Below are positions 1 through 7,710 of a stretch of 61,530 nucleotides of DNA, one piece after another (within the stretch, counting starts at the first letter, position 1; each line of letters begins with the position of its first letter). Where the stretch lies: NCBI GenBank assembly GCA_900769735.1, contig CAAGHY010000062.1:1-61530 (forward strand). The letters run 5' to 3'. The notes beneath the pieces were generated by a model. The model was not told the DNA's origin, made no database searches, and saw only the letters and a program-made list of their open reading frames with translations. Position numbers and translations under genes: made by a program. The stretch is from Rikenellaceae bacterium. GTDB lineage: Bacteria; Bacteroidota; Bacteroidia; Bacteroidales; UBA932.

Positions 1-4
1 AAAT

Positions 5-520
5 ATGGAAAAGAGACTTGGAACTGTAATTAAAAACCGAAAGGTCAATATCCCATTTAAGGGGATGCGCTTTGACCAAAAGAAGATGTTTTCAGAAATT
101 GTATGTAAAGCCGGCTTCCCGGAAGACAATTTCAAAATACTCCTTGTAGATTATGTTATTGAGGATAGCAAGGTTGAGAAGGAGGATGTTATTGTAGAGG
201 TACCTGACGGCAATGGCGGAACTAGATCGGAGAAACGTACCAGAGCAAAGAAATGTCTTGTTATTCGTTATAAGCGCATTATCAATACTCATATACAGCC
301 AACTTTGGATGGTGATGAAGAAGTTAAATATGAGTTTGAGAAAGAGCGGGATAAAGACGGTAAGTTGACTGGTCGTGATGCGGAGTGGTATTCATATACC
401 GGTAGTACAGTGATGCTGGAGCAAGTTGATAACGATTTTACAAAAGAGGATTTGCCTTGCGCTACTGTCATTACAGAATTTACAAATAAAATGAATAAGA
501 AATTCTATAAATTCACATAA
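5..520 (+). CDS. Hypothetical phage protein (late region). The true start may lie upstream of the window.
   Basis: 171-aa ORF with ATG at 5. The frame is open to the window edge. The next ORF starts 1 nt after its stop. No motif recognised. Confidence 0.45.
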   Translation: MEKRLGTVIKNRKVNIPFKGMRFDQKKMFSEIVCKAGFPEDNFKILLVDYVIEDSKVEKEDVIVEVPDGNGGTRSEKRTRAKKCLVIRYKRIINTHIQPTLDGDEEVKYEFEKERDKDGKLTGRDAEWYSYTGSTVMLEQVDNDFTKEDLPCATVITEFTNKMNKKFYKFT

Positions 521-521
521 T

Positions 522-920
522 ATGAATAGAGTTATTTACTTAAACAAAAGGACATTTGAAAAGTACGATAATACAAGATACATAGTATATCTAAATGAAG
601 AGGTGCTTGAGAATCATATCCCAGAAGTTCCGGAAGGGCAACCTACTCCAGCTGCAGTGACAGCTTATGCATATACAGGCCCTGTGAAAGATGGTGGTAC
701 CCTAATTGAAGCTGCCTCTGCAGATAGGGATTCACTTATAAATGGCATTATCCGAAGCCGATTCAGCCAGTCTGAGGAGGATGCAATCAAGACCCACCAG
801 ATAGAGCTGCTTAAGGATGGATCCATTGAAAAAGCGGCTTCTTATGAGCAAGAATGGGAAGCGTTCAATGCAATACGTGAAATGGCCAAAACAGTTGTTG
901 ATAGGTGGCTTAATAACTGA
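522..920 (+). CDS. Hypothetical phage protein
   Basis: 132-aa ORF packed tightly behind the previous ORF and followed by a hairpin plus T-run terminator. No motif recognised. Confidence 0.5.
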   Translation: MNRVIYLNKRTFEKYDNTRYIVYLNEEVLENHIPEVPEGQPTPAAVTAYAYTGPVKDGGTLIEAASADRDSLINGIIRSRFSQSEEDAIKTHQIELLKDGSIEKAASYEQEWEAFNAIREMAKTVVDRWLNN

Positions 921-925
921 AATGT

Positions 926-959
926 AGTGCTGTAGAAGTTATCTGCAGCACTTTTTTTA
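926..959 (+). terminator. Rho-independent terminator after the late ORFs
   Basis: AGTGCTGTAG (926-935) pairs with CTGCAGCACT (943-952), 10 bp with one mismatch, followed by T7 (953-959). Confidence 0.6.
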
Positions 960-1007
960 TGTCCTTCCTAAATTATGGATAACGGTCTACTTTTGAAATA
1001 AAAAAAG

Positions 1008-1496
1008 ATGGACAATTTCCTGAAGGTTGGTAAAAATATAATATCTGCGGCAACTACTGTTAATGGGTGGATAGCTGCACTCATAGCTTATCTATCCCCT
1101 CTACATGGGGTCTTTTGGCTCATCTTTATTTTGTTGGCTGCAGATTTTGTGACGGGCATAGCAGCTTCAGCTAAACAGCATATTCCACGTTCCTCCAAAC
1201 GTTTGAGAAGAAGCCTTTCCAAGGCATTATGCTATTTTGGATTATTGTATCTGTTTTGGGAGTTTGAATGCCAGGTCGGTGTTCACGATTGGATCTGTAC
1301 GTACAAGATAGTTGCAGGATTTATCTTCCTGGTAGAGGTTATTAGTGTTCTGGAAAACATGTTCATCATAACTGAACATCCTTTTTTTACAAAGCTTATA
1401 AAATTAGTAAGGGGCAAAGCTGCTCAATCTGAAAAGATGGGGGATCTTTTGTCTGACATTATGAATGAAAAACAGAGTAGCCCAGATGAGAAATGA
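1008..1496 (+). CDS. Phage holin (Phage_holin_4_1-like, multi-TM)
   Basis: 162 aa with several hydrophobic helices, the motifs LLAADFVTGIAAS and VEVISVLEN, and a charged C-terminal tail. It overlaps the endolysin start. Confidence 0.75.
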   Translation: MDNFLKVGKNIISAATTVNGWIAALIAYLSPLHGVFWLIFILLAADFVTGIAASAKQHIPRSSKRLRRSLSKALCYFGLLYLFWEFECQVGVHDWICTYKIVAGFIFLVEVISVLENMFIITEHPFFTKLIKLVRGKAAQSEKMGDLLSDIMNEKQSSPDEK

Positions 1497-2016
1497 ACTT
1501 ACTGCAGCCTTGTTGGCTGATATTTTTTCTGTCAAGGAGAACGATGTTGCTCCTTTTGTTCCATACTTGAAAAAGTATTGTCGTGAATATAAAATCAATA
1601 CACCGCAAAGGCTTGCAGCATTTCTTGCGCAGGTCGGCCATGAGAGCGGACGCTTCCACTATACTGAAGAAATAGCTTCGGGGGCAGCCTATGAAGGCCG
1701 GCTGGATTTAGGGAATACAGAAGTTGGGGATGGTTGTAAATATAAAGGCCGAGGGCTTATCCAGCTTACAGGAAGATACAATTATTCCCGCCTTTCAGAT
1801 GCTACGGGAATTGATTTTATTGCTAACCCTCAAGCTTTATCAGAACCTGAATATGCAGTGCTGTCAGCCTGCTGGTATTGGTCCGATAGGGGGTTGAATG
1901 GACTAGCAGATTCAGGACACTACAACCTGATTACAAAAAAAATAAATGGAGGCTATAACGGTCTGGCTGATAGAGAATATTTCCATAGAAGATGCAAAGA
2001 GGCTTTATATTTATAG
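1465..2016 (+). CDS. Endolysin, glycoside hydrolase family 19 (chitinase-like lysozyme)
   Basis: AAFLAQVGHESGRFHYTEE...YKGRGLIQLTGRYNY is the GH19 catalytic signature. An alternative ATG at 1486 (MRNELT) is also possible. The ORF overlaps the holin stop. Confidence 0.85.
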   Translation: MKNRVAQMRNELTAALLADIFSVKENDVAPFVPYLKKYCREYKINTPQRLAAFLAQVGHESGRFHYTEEIASGAAYEGRLDLGNTEVGDGCKYKGRGLIQLTGRYNYSRLSDATGIDFIANPQALSEPEYAVLSACWYWSDRGLNGLADSGHYNLITKKINGGYNGLADREYFHRRCKEALYL

Positions 2017-2483
2017 GATTATTGGTCCTGTGTTTATGTAGTAGTTGTGGCGCAACACTAAAAAATAGTATGCATAAGCAGCAGCTAAATATTGCACGGA
2101 ATGCCCTTGATTCATTGAATAAGTTGGTGACCATAAAAGATATTCATAAAGAGATTAAAAGGTTGGATGATAATTCCAGAATACGAGTTACAAAGTATTC
2201 CCCTCCCGACAGTGTGGGGAATCAGTCCATTGATTATGTAGTGGAGATTGAGACTGATGTAACACAAGAGACAACTTATGAACTTGCCAAGAATGAGGTT
2301 CAGAATGTGGATGTCACCCATCATGAGGCAACAGTTGACAATTCTACGATTGATACTCAAGAAGAATATGATCCCCCTGCAGCTGTCCAAGGGTTCCGGC
2401 AAATAAAGGGTATCATTGGACTGATATTTGGAATTGCATTGATGCTGTTTATTACGTATGTGATACACAAGTTTAAGAAATGA
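1992..2483 (+). CDS. Spanin-like lysis protein with an N-terminal lipoprotein-type signal and a C-terminal TM helix (unimolecular-spanin architecture)
   Basis: The N-terminus MQRGFIFIGLLVLCLCSSCG is a signal with Cys, and the C-terminus IIGLIFGIALMLFITYVIHKFKK is a TM helix. The ORF overlaps the endolysin end by 25 nt in another frame. Confidence 0.55.
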   Translation: MQRGFIFIGLLVLCLCSSCGATLKNSMHKQQLNIARNALDSLNKLVTIKDIHKEIKRLDDNSRIRVTKYSPPDSVGNQSIDYVVEIETDVTQETTYELAKNEVQNVDVTHHEATVDNSTIDTQEEYDPPAAVQGFRQIKGIIGLIFGIALMLFITYVIHKFKK

Positions 2484-2520
2484 CAGTAGGGGTGCGAATA
2501 GCCCCCAACCCAAAATTAAA

Positions 2521-2623
2521 GTAGTACTCTCACCTACTACATTAAATGCCAGAATAGACCAAGCACGGTTGGAGGCTGAAGCCGCAACTCGCTTGGTCTA
2601 TTCTGTCTTGTGGTGTGAGAGTG
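2521..2623 (+). other. Highly structured intergenic element (about 100 nt of nested helices) between the lysis cassette and the ThyA-like gene
   Basis: A perfect 15-bp stem pairs 2550-2564 with 2591-2605. An outer perfect 8-bp pairing joins 2526-2533 and 2615-2622. A local hairpin pairs 2521-2526 with 2535-2540. Confidence 0.35.
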
Positions 2624-2654
2624 TGGCAAAGTTAATTAAAATTCATTATAAATT

Positions 2655-3299
2655 ATGAGAGGCAACAAGTACTACTCAATTTTGAGTGAAATTGTATCTT
2701 CTGGGAAGATGCAATCCAACAAAAAAGGCAACATCAAGTACCTACTTAACCAGCAGCTCTCACTTACCCCTATTGATCTGCTGGAGATTTTTGAAACGCA
2801 CCCTTTGGCAAGGAAGAAGCTCAAGGGGGAGCTGGAGCTCTTTATGTCAGGAGAACGGAATGTGGACAAATACAGGGATATTGGTATAAGTTGGTGGGAT
2901 TATTGTGGGTCTATCCTGGTAAACAGTTATCCTACATATTTTGAAAAACTTCCTGCGCTCCTTGCCAAAATCAATAGAGAAAAAAGGCCAAGCAAGAATT
3001 ATGTTCTTTTCCTTGGAGAAACCAATGCGGAGAGTAACCAGGCACCATGCTTAAGCCTGGTTCAATTTCAGATTGAGGATGGGGAGCTTGTTATTTCAGC
3101 TTACCAGCGCAGTTCTGATGCATCATTGGGCTTGCCATCTGATATATACCATCTGTACCTGATGTCTCGGCAGATTGATATTCCGCTCAAGTCAATAACG
3201 TTGTTTTTAGGTAATGTCCATATCTATGAAAATAATATTAGCAGTACGATATCTGTATTGTCTGGGGATACTGAAGCAAGATTCCAGCTCAATGTCTAA
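2655..3299 (+). CDS. Short thymidylate synthase (ThyA)-family pyrimidine C5-methyl/hydroxymethyl-transferase homolog
   Basis: The core APCLSLVQFQ..YQRSSDASLGLPSD..GNVHIYENN aligns without gaps to the ThyA core PC(146)H..QR(166)SCD(169)..GLPFN(177)..H(207)LY. The protein is 214 aa, versus 264 aa for E. coli ThyA. Confidence 0.75.
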   Translation: MRGNKYYSILSEIVSSGKMQSNKKGNIKYLLNQQLSLTPIDLLEIFETHPLARKKLKGELELFMSGERNVDKYRDIGISWWDYCGSILVNSYPTYFEKLPALLAKINREKRPSKNYVLFLGETNAESNQAPCLSLVQFQIEDGELVISAYQRSSDASLGLPSDIYHLYLMSRQIDIPLKSITLFLGNVHIYENNISSTISVLSGDTEARFQLNV

Positions 3300-4462
3300 A
3301 ATGCTTTAGGTAGTTTACGAAGCTGGTTTTTGGCTTCCCGGTTCACTTTGCTGGCATATATGCTGGTGATGGCCAAAGAGGAATGGTCTGCTTGCCCCTG
3401 AACATAATTGGGGGCAACACCATCCTCAAGCAGCTGTGTTATACCTGTATCCTTCAGGGAATAGAATTGCAATTCCAATGGCCAGGATAGCTCTTTCCGG
3501 ATTACATCATTCCAGAACCTGGCAATCTCCCTCCCTTCAGCTCTTGTTGGACCTGGTGCAAATGTTTTTTTTGAATCAAACCCAAACAGGTAATAATCTC
3601 TGTTGGTGTTCAGCTTTAATTTCTTAAATACCCACATTGCAGTGTCCGGGATTATCCTTACACTATTATTGTCATTTTTGGCAATATCTTCAGAAATATA
3701 AACACACTGTTCTTCTATGGATATATCTTTTACCTTGAGTAGAGATATTTCATTAGGCCTGATGCAGCAGTAGTAGCATAGATAGCACATTGCCAAGTAG
3801 TTCAGATAGCCATTGTCAATAAGGAACCTCTGCAGATCCAGGCACTCCTCCGCAGTAAGTGGTCTTCTGGTTTTCTTGAGCTTCTTTCGTGGAACCTTTT
3901 TTATATGGGTAAATGGGTTGTGGGCAGTGTAGTTGTGTTCAATCATCCAGTTGAAAATCGTGCCGTACGTGCTCAAGTAGTTATTCCAGGTTCTCAATGA
4001 TATATCAGGGATTTCCCTTAAATCTTCCATAATCATTGAAGCTACTCCTGGCGTAAACTCTATCATCTGCATTGTTGGGCCTTTATCGTGCTTAAGCAAC
4101 TGCTCCTTCAGCTTTTTTACGAAGCTTTTATAAGACCGCATACTATGAATTTCTGCTTCTTTTTCACGATATCGTAGCCATTTGTCCAGGGCCTCAAATA
4201 CAAAAGCGTAGCACTTTTCAGCTCCTATTTCTACAAATGGGCTCCAACCTGCAGCAAGTTTCTTGTTAACAGTCCTGATGATTCTATTTGCAGCAGCTCT
4301 GCGCTCCTTTATCCCTTTAATATGGTTCAGCTTGATTTTTTTTCTTTTGAGCTCTTTTGTGGCAGGATCCATTGCGTAGTAATACACAAACCACTCTTTC
4401 CCTTCATGAAGAATAGCCTCTTTATATTGTACCAAAGAGGCATTATTTTTACGAATAGACAT
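3296..4462 (-). CDS. Tyrosine-type site-specific integrase
   Basis: 388 aa with a box I Arg (CCIRPNEISLL) and the C-terminal motif DHSSLAITSIY (His...Tyr nucleophile). It lies adjacent to the tmRNA 3' end. Its stop overlaps the stop of the convergent ThyA-like gene. Confidence 0.9.
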   Translation of the reverse strand: MSIRKNNASLVQYKEAILHEGKEWFVYYYAMDPATKELKRKKIKLNHIKGIKERRAAANRIIRTVNKKLAAGWSPFVEIGAEKCYAFVFEALDKWLRYREKEAEIHSMRSYKSFVKKLKEQLLKHDKGPTMQMIEFTPGVASMIMEDLREIPDISLRTWNNYLSTYGTIFNWMIEHNYTAHNPFTHIKKVPRKKLKKTRRPLTAEECLDLQRFLIDNGYLNYLAMCYLCYYCCIRPNEISLLKVKDISIEEQCVYISEDIAKNDNNSVRIIPDTAMWVFKKLKLNTNRDYYLFGFDSKKTFAPGPTRAEGREIARFWNDVIRKELSWPLELQFYSLKDTGITQLLEDGVAPNYVQGQADHSSLAITSIYASKVNREAKNQLRKLPKAF

Positions 4463-4504
4463 TTTTTTTTAAGGCTTCTGAAAGCAGGAGCCTTAAGCAT
4501 TATT

Positions 4505-4525
4505 TACTGTCCCGATACTGTCCCG
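4505..4525. repeat. Direct repeat TACTGTCCCG x2 (4505-4514 and 4516-4525), candidate arm-type recombinase/RDF binding sites
   Basis: Two perfect 10-mers with an 11-bp period lie between the integrase start and the ssrA 3' end. Confidence 0.4.
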
Positions 4526-4581
4526 GGTTATAGTTTTTAACCCTGTAAATTGTTATATTTCAGTATCTTATGTTTTGTTTG

Positions 4582-4981
4582 TGGAGATGGGCGGACTCGA
4601 ACCGCCGTCCAACCAAACCATCAATATGCTTTCTACATGCTTATTCTTTCTTTAGTTGTCGGGAGCAGGCTGCCGGAAGACAGGCCACCTGAACCTTATC
4701 CTTTGAATCTTAGGGTGCTTTAAAGGAGTCCACACCAGCATCCCGCTTGGAATGATACCCCATAAGCCAAACTCATAGCAGGATTAAAGAGTTGGCGGGA
4801 TACTTGTCCACCCGGCAACCTTGGCGGGGCGGATTAAGCGTAATAGCTTGGCTGATTACGCAGCAAGTGCATAAGAATTGTTGCCAGTTATAGGCGTGCA
4901 GTTGGAGATTAAAGAGCTTGGCTGCCAATGCTCTGCATGCTTACATACCAATTAATCTGATGTCAAAACCAAAACATCCCC
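4582..4981 (-). ncRNA. ssrA: tmRNA (transfer-messenger RNA)
   Basis: On the minus strand the 5' GGGGATG pairs with the 3' CATCTCC-A, including the G3:U alanine identity pair. A T-arm GGCGGTTCGAGTCCGCC is present. The tag frame GGC AAC AAT TCT TAT GCA CTT GCT GCG TAA encodes GNNSYALAA-stop (4856-4885). CCA is not encoded. Confidence 0.9.
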
Positions 4982-4997
4982 TTATCAGTATGAACTG

Positions 4998-5005
4998 CAA
5001 ATGTA
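4998..5005 (-). promoter_or_regulatory. Bacteroidetes -7 promoter box (TACATTTG) for ssrA
   Basis: A TAnnTTTG match on the minus strand lies about 17 nt upstream of the mature tmRNA 5' end. Confidence 0.5.
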
Positions 5006-5039
5006 ACAATTTTTTCAATTGGTAGTTCAAGAATCAAGG

Positions 5040-6182
5040 CTATTTCACACAAAGCATATCTATCACCTCCTTGAAGTTCTCGCGTCCAAAACCTATCCTC
5101 AGATAATTTCCAGGATACTCAAACATTGGTGCCGGAACTGTCATAATGCCGTATTTCTCTACAATGGCATTGCTGAACTCAAGGGCGGTTGCAGGTGCCG
5201 CATCCAACAGGTATGCTGCTTCAGCAGGCTCAATCTCTACAAATGCAACACTTCCTGCCAGAGGTTCTGTGAATGATTTTACAAAAGGCAACTTACCGGC
5301 CTCCACTACCCTCTTGAAATATGAAATGTTATCCTTAATCTTCTGCACATTGGGCTCTATAAACTTCTCCGCGTGGTTCAATGCTATAGTTGACAACACC
5401 TCAGATGGCGCACTGCAGCAAATTGACAGGTAGTCTTTGAATGATTGTATTTTGGAGAGCAGCCCCCTGTCCTGTGATACAAACCAGCCAATTCTCAATC
5501 CTGCCAGACCAAATGATTTTGCCATTCCCCACAAACTTATCCCCTTCTCATAAAGATCACACACTGCCGGCAGCTTCTCACACTCATCTTTAAGAATAAG
5601 GTCTCTGTACATCTCATCTGAATACAGATACGCATCATTACTGCGTGCAATCTCCACTATCCGGTCAAGCTCCTCAGGTGTAATATATGCTCCAGTAGGG
5701 TTGTGCGGGAAGTTTATCACTATAAGGCAAGTCTCATCCCTAACCAGGGATTCCAATGTATCCACATTATACTTGCCATCCTCAGGCAACCAATATGAAA
5801 TGTCGCAATCAAGTGATTTTAGAACCTGATACAAAGACTGGTATGCCGGTGAGATTACAACGGCGTGCGGTTTACGGCCCTTTTGCTGCCCAACAATGAC
5901 ATTCATCATTATAAAACTCAGCTCTCCAGGAGAAGCCACCAGCACATTCTCAGGTTTTGCCTTAGTATAGAACCTGCAAATTGCCTCCCTCAGAACCGGA
6001 CTGCCATACCCTTCAGTATAACCCAATGCAAGTGAATTCCACATAGCCAACTCATCGGGATCAGCCTGATTCAAAATATACTCCATTGGATATCCGTCAC
6101 AATCAGAAGATGACAACATATACTTGGCAGTGAATTCATATTTGGCAAAATATTGCTCCAAAATAAACGGCGGAATTTGCAT
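5040..6182 (-). CDS. PLP-dependent aminotransferase, class I/II
   Basis: Contains NFPHNPTG and the AKSFGLAGLRIGW Lys-PLP motif. 380 aa. Confidence 0.85.
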   Translation of the reverse strand: MQIPPFILEQYFAKYEFTAKYMLSSSDCDGYPMEYILNQADPDELAMWNSLALGYTEGYGSPVLREAICRFYTKAKPENVLVASPGELSFIMMNVIVGQQKGRKPHAVVISPAYQSLYQVLKSLDCDISYWLPEDGKYNVDTLESLVRDETCLIVINFPHNPTGAYITPEELDRIVEIARSNDAYLYSDEMYRDLILKDECEKLPAVCDLYEKGISLWGMAKSFGLAGLRIGWFVSQDRGLLSKIQSFKDYLSICCSAPSEVLSTIALNHAEKFIEPNVQKIKDNISYFKRVVEAGKLPFVKSFTEPLAGSVAFVEIEPAEAAYLLDAAPATALEFSNAIVEKYGIMTVPAPMFEYPGNYLRIGFGRENFKEVIDMLCVK

Positions 6183-6251
6183 AACCAGAAACTTTTTGAG
6201 TATTATCCCGATAAAGATAGAAAGATTTTACAGAATAACAGCCAAAACAAA

Positions 6252-6288
6252 CACACCCCGCAATCTCATCCCGAGACTGCAGGGTGTG
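6252..6288 (-). terminator. Intrinsic terminator of the purine-salvage operon
   Basis: CACACCC pairs with GGGTGTG, with an inner imperfect stem. On the minus strand the hairpin is followed by TGTTTGTTTTGG. Confidence 0.55.
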
Positions 6289-6397
6289 CCCGACTTAACC
6301 TAACTTAAAAACTATTTCACTTATAAGAACAACAGTTCCAGCGAATAGTTCAAATAATCTGGAAATTACCAAATGCAACTCTACATTCAGTAAAACA

Positions 6398-7708
6398 TTA
6401 CTCCTTAATCTTAATGACCATATTTGAGATAATTGCGGCCAAACCTCCTGTTGTTATTCCCGATGAAAAAATATTTTTGATTGACTCAGGGAACTGTCCT
6501 AAAATATCCGGAACAAGTTCTACAGCCAAACCCAAACTCAAGCTTATTGCTATAACCAAAACAGCCTTTCTGTCAATCTGCTGAGAAGCAATAATCTTGA
6601 TACCGGCACCTGCAACAGTTCCAAACATAAGCAATGTTGCTCCACCCAAAACAGGGTCAGGCATATATGAAAATACCACTCCAACTATCGGGAAGAATCC
6701 CAGGATAACAAGAAACAATGCAATAAAATACCCTACATATCTGCTGGCAACTCCTGTAAGCTGGATCATTCCGTTATTCTGAGCAAAAATTGAATTGGGG
6801 AATGAGTTTAACATACCTGCAATCAAAGAGTTGAAGCCATCTGCAAATATACCGCCTTGAGCCCTCCTGACAAACTTGTCTCCCTCTACCGGCTCTCCCG
6901 ATATAAGGGAATTTGCTGTAATGTCTCCGTATGCCTCAATAGCTGTAATAATGTACACTATTGCAAATGCGGCAATTGCTGAGAAATTAAATGACACACC
7001 ATATTTGAATGGCTGCGGGATATTGAACCACTCATAATCAGGCATTGTCCCAAAATCTACCATTCCAACAAAAAATGCCACCAAATAACCTATAAGTATT
7101 CCTATTATAATTGAACCCATCCTCAAATAGCGGTTTCCGCTTCTGTTGAACAGCACAATAAGGCCAAGAACCAAAGCTGAAATACCTATATTCTGCATAG
7201 CTCCAAAAGTACCGTTCTCCATTGCCGCATTTCCACCTCCACAAGATATCACTCCAACTTTAATAAGACTCATACCAATAAGAGTTACAACAATACCGGA
7301 CACCAAAGGTGTTATTACCTTGGTTGCGTATTTAAGTATTCTGCTTATAAATATCTCTGCCAAAGAGCCTGCAATTGTAGCTCCAAAAATTGCAGGAAGG
7401 CCTCCAATTGAACCTGCAAGAATAATTGGACTGATAAATGAGAAACTTGTCCCCTGAACACACAACAAACCGCAACCGGCAGGTCCTACCTTACGGCACT
7501 GGATAAATGTTGCAATACCGGAAACGAACAGAGACATTGATACAAGAAAACTTGTAGTCTCTATATCAAGCCCCAAAGCTCCGGATATAATGAGCGGTGG
7601 TGTAATTATAGCTACAAATATTGCCAACAAATGCTGGAGCGCTGCAAATAGAGCATCGCGCAATGGAGGTCTCTCCTCAAGACCATATATCAAACCGTTC
7701 TTTCCCAT
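6398..7708 (-). CDS. pbuX: NCS2-family nucleobase (xanthine/uracil) permease
   Basis: 436-aa polytopic membrane protein with the NCS2-like stretch AQNNGMIQLTGVASR. It lies immediately downstream of xpt. Confidence 0.8.
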   Translation of the reverse strand: MGKNGLIYGLEERPPLRDALFAALQHLLAIFVAIITPPLIISGALGLDIETTSFLVSMSLFVSGIATFIQCRKVGPAGCGLLCVQGTSFSFISPIILAGSIGGLPAIFGATIAGSLAEIFISRILKYATKVITPLVSGIVVTLIGMSLIKVGVISCGGGNAAMENGTFGAMQNIGISALVLGLIVLFNRSGNRYLRMGSIIIGILIGYLVAFFVGMVDFGTMPDYEWFNIPQPFKYGVSFNFSAIAAFAIVYIITAIEAYGDITANSLISGEPVEGDKFVRRAQGGIFADGFNSLIAGMLNSFPNSIFAQNNGMIQLTGVASRYVGYFIALFLVILGFFPIVGVVFSYMPDPVLGGATLLMFGTVAGAGIKIIASQQIDRKAVLVIAISLSLGLAVELVPDILGQFPESIKNIFSSGITTGGLAAIISNMVIKIKE

Positions 7709-7710
7709 AG

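Larger units (their letters stand above)
1..4581. mobile_element. Right arm of an integrated temperate phage (or remnant): late ORFs, lysis cassette, cargo gene and integrase, abutting the ssrA 3' end. The left boundary is outside the window.
   Basis: Holin, GH19 endolysin and a spanin-like ORF form an overlapping array, followed by a tyrosine recombinase. The integrase start lies 120 nt from the tmRNA 3' end and is co-oriented with it, the classic tRNA/tmRNA 3'-end integration layout. The region looks more AT-rich than the flank by eye. Confidence 0.75.

Noticed and set aside
3296-3299. Overlapping stop codons of convergent gene pairs: ThyA-like/integrase at 3296-3299 (CTAA) and MBL/nitroreductase at 17047-17052 (CTATAG)
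   Set aside because: This is a real feature but a common consequence of compact genomes. There is no evidence of a regulatory role beyond possible transcriptional interference.
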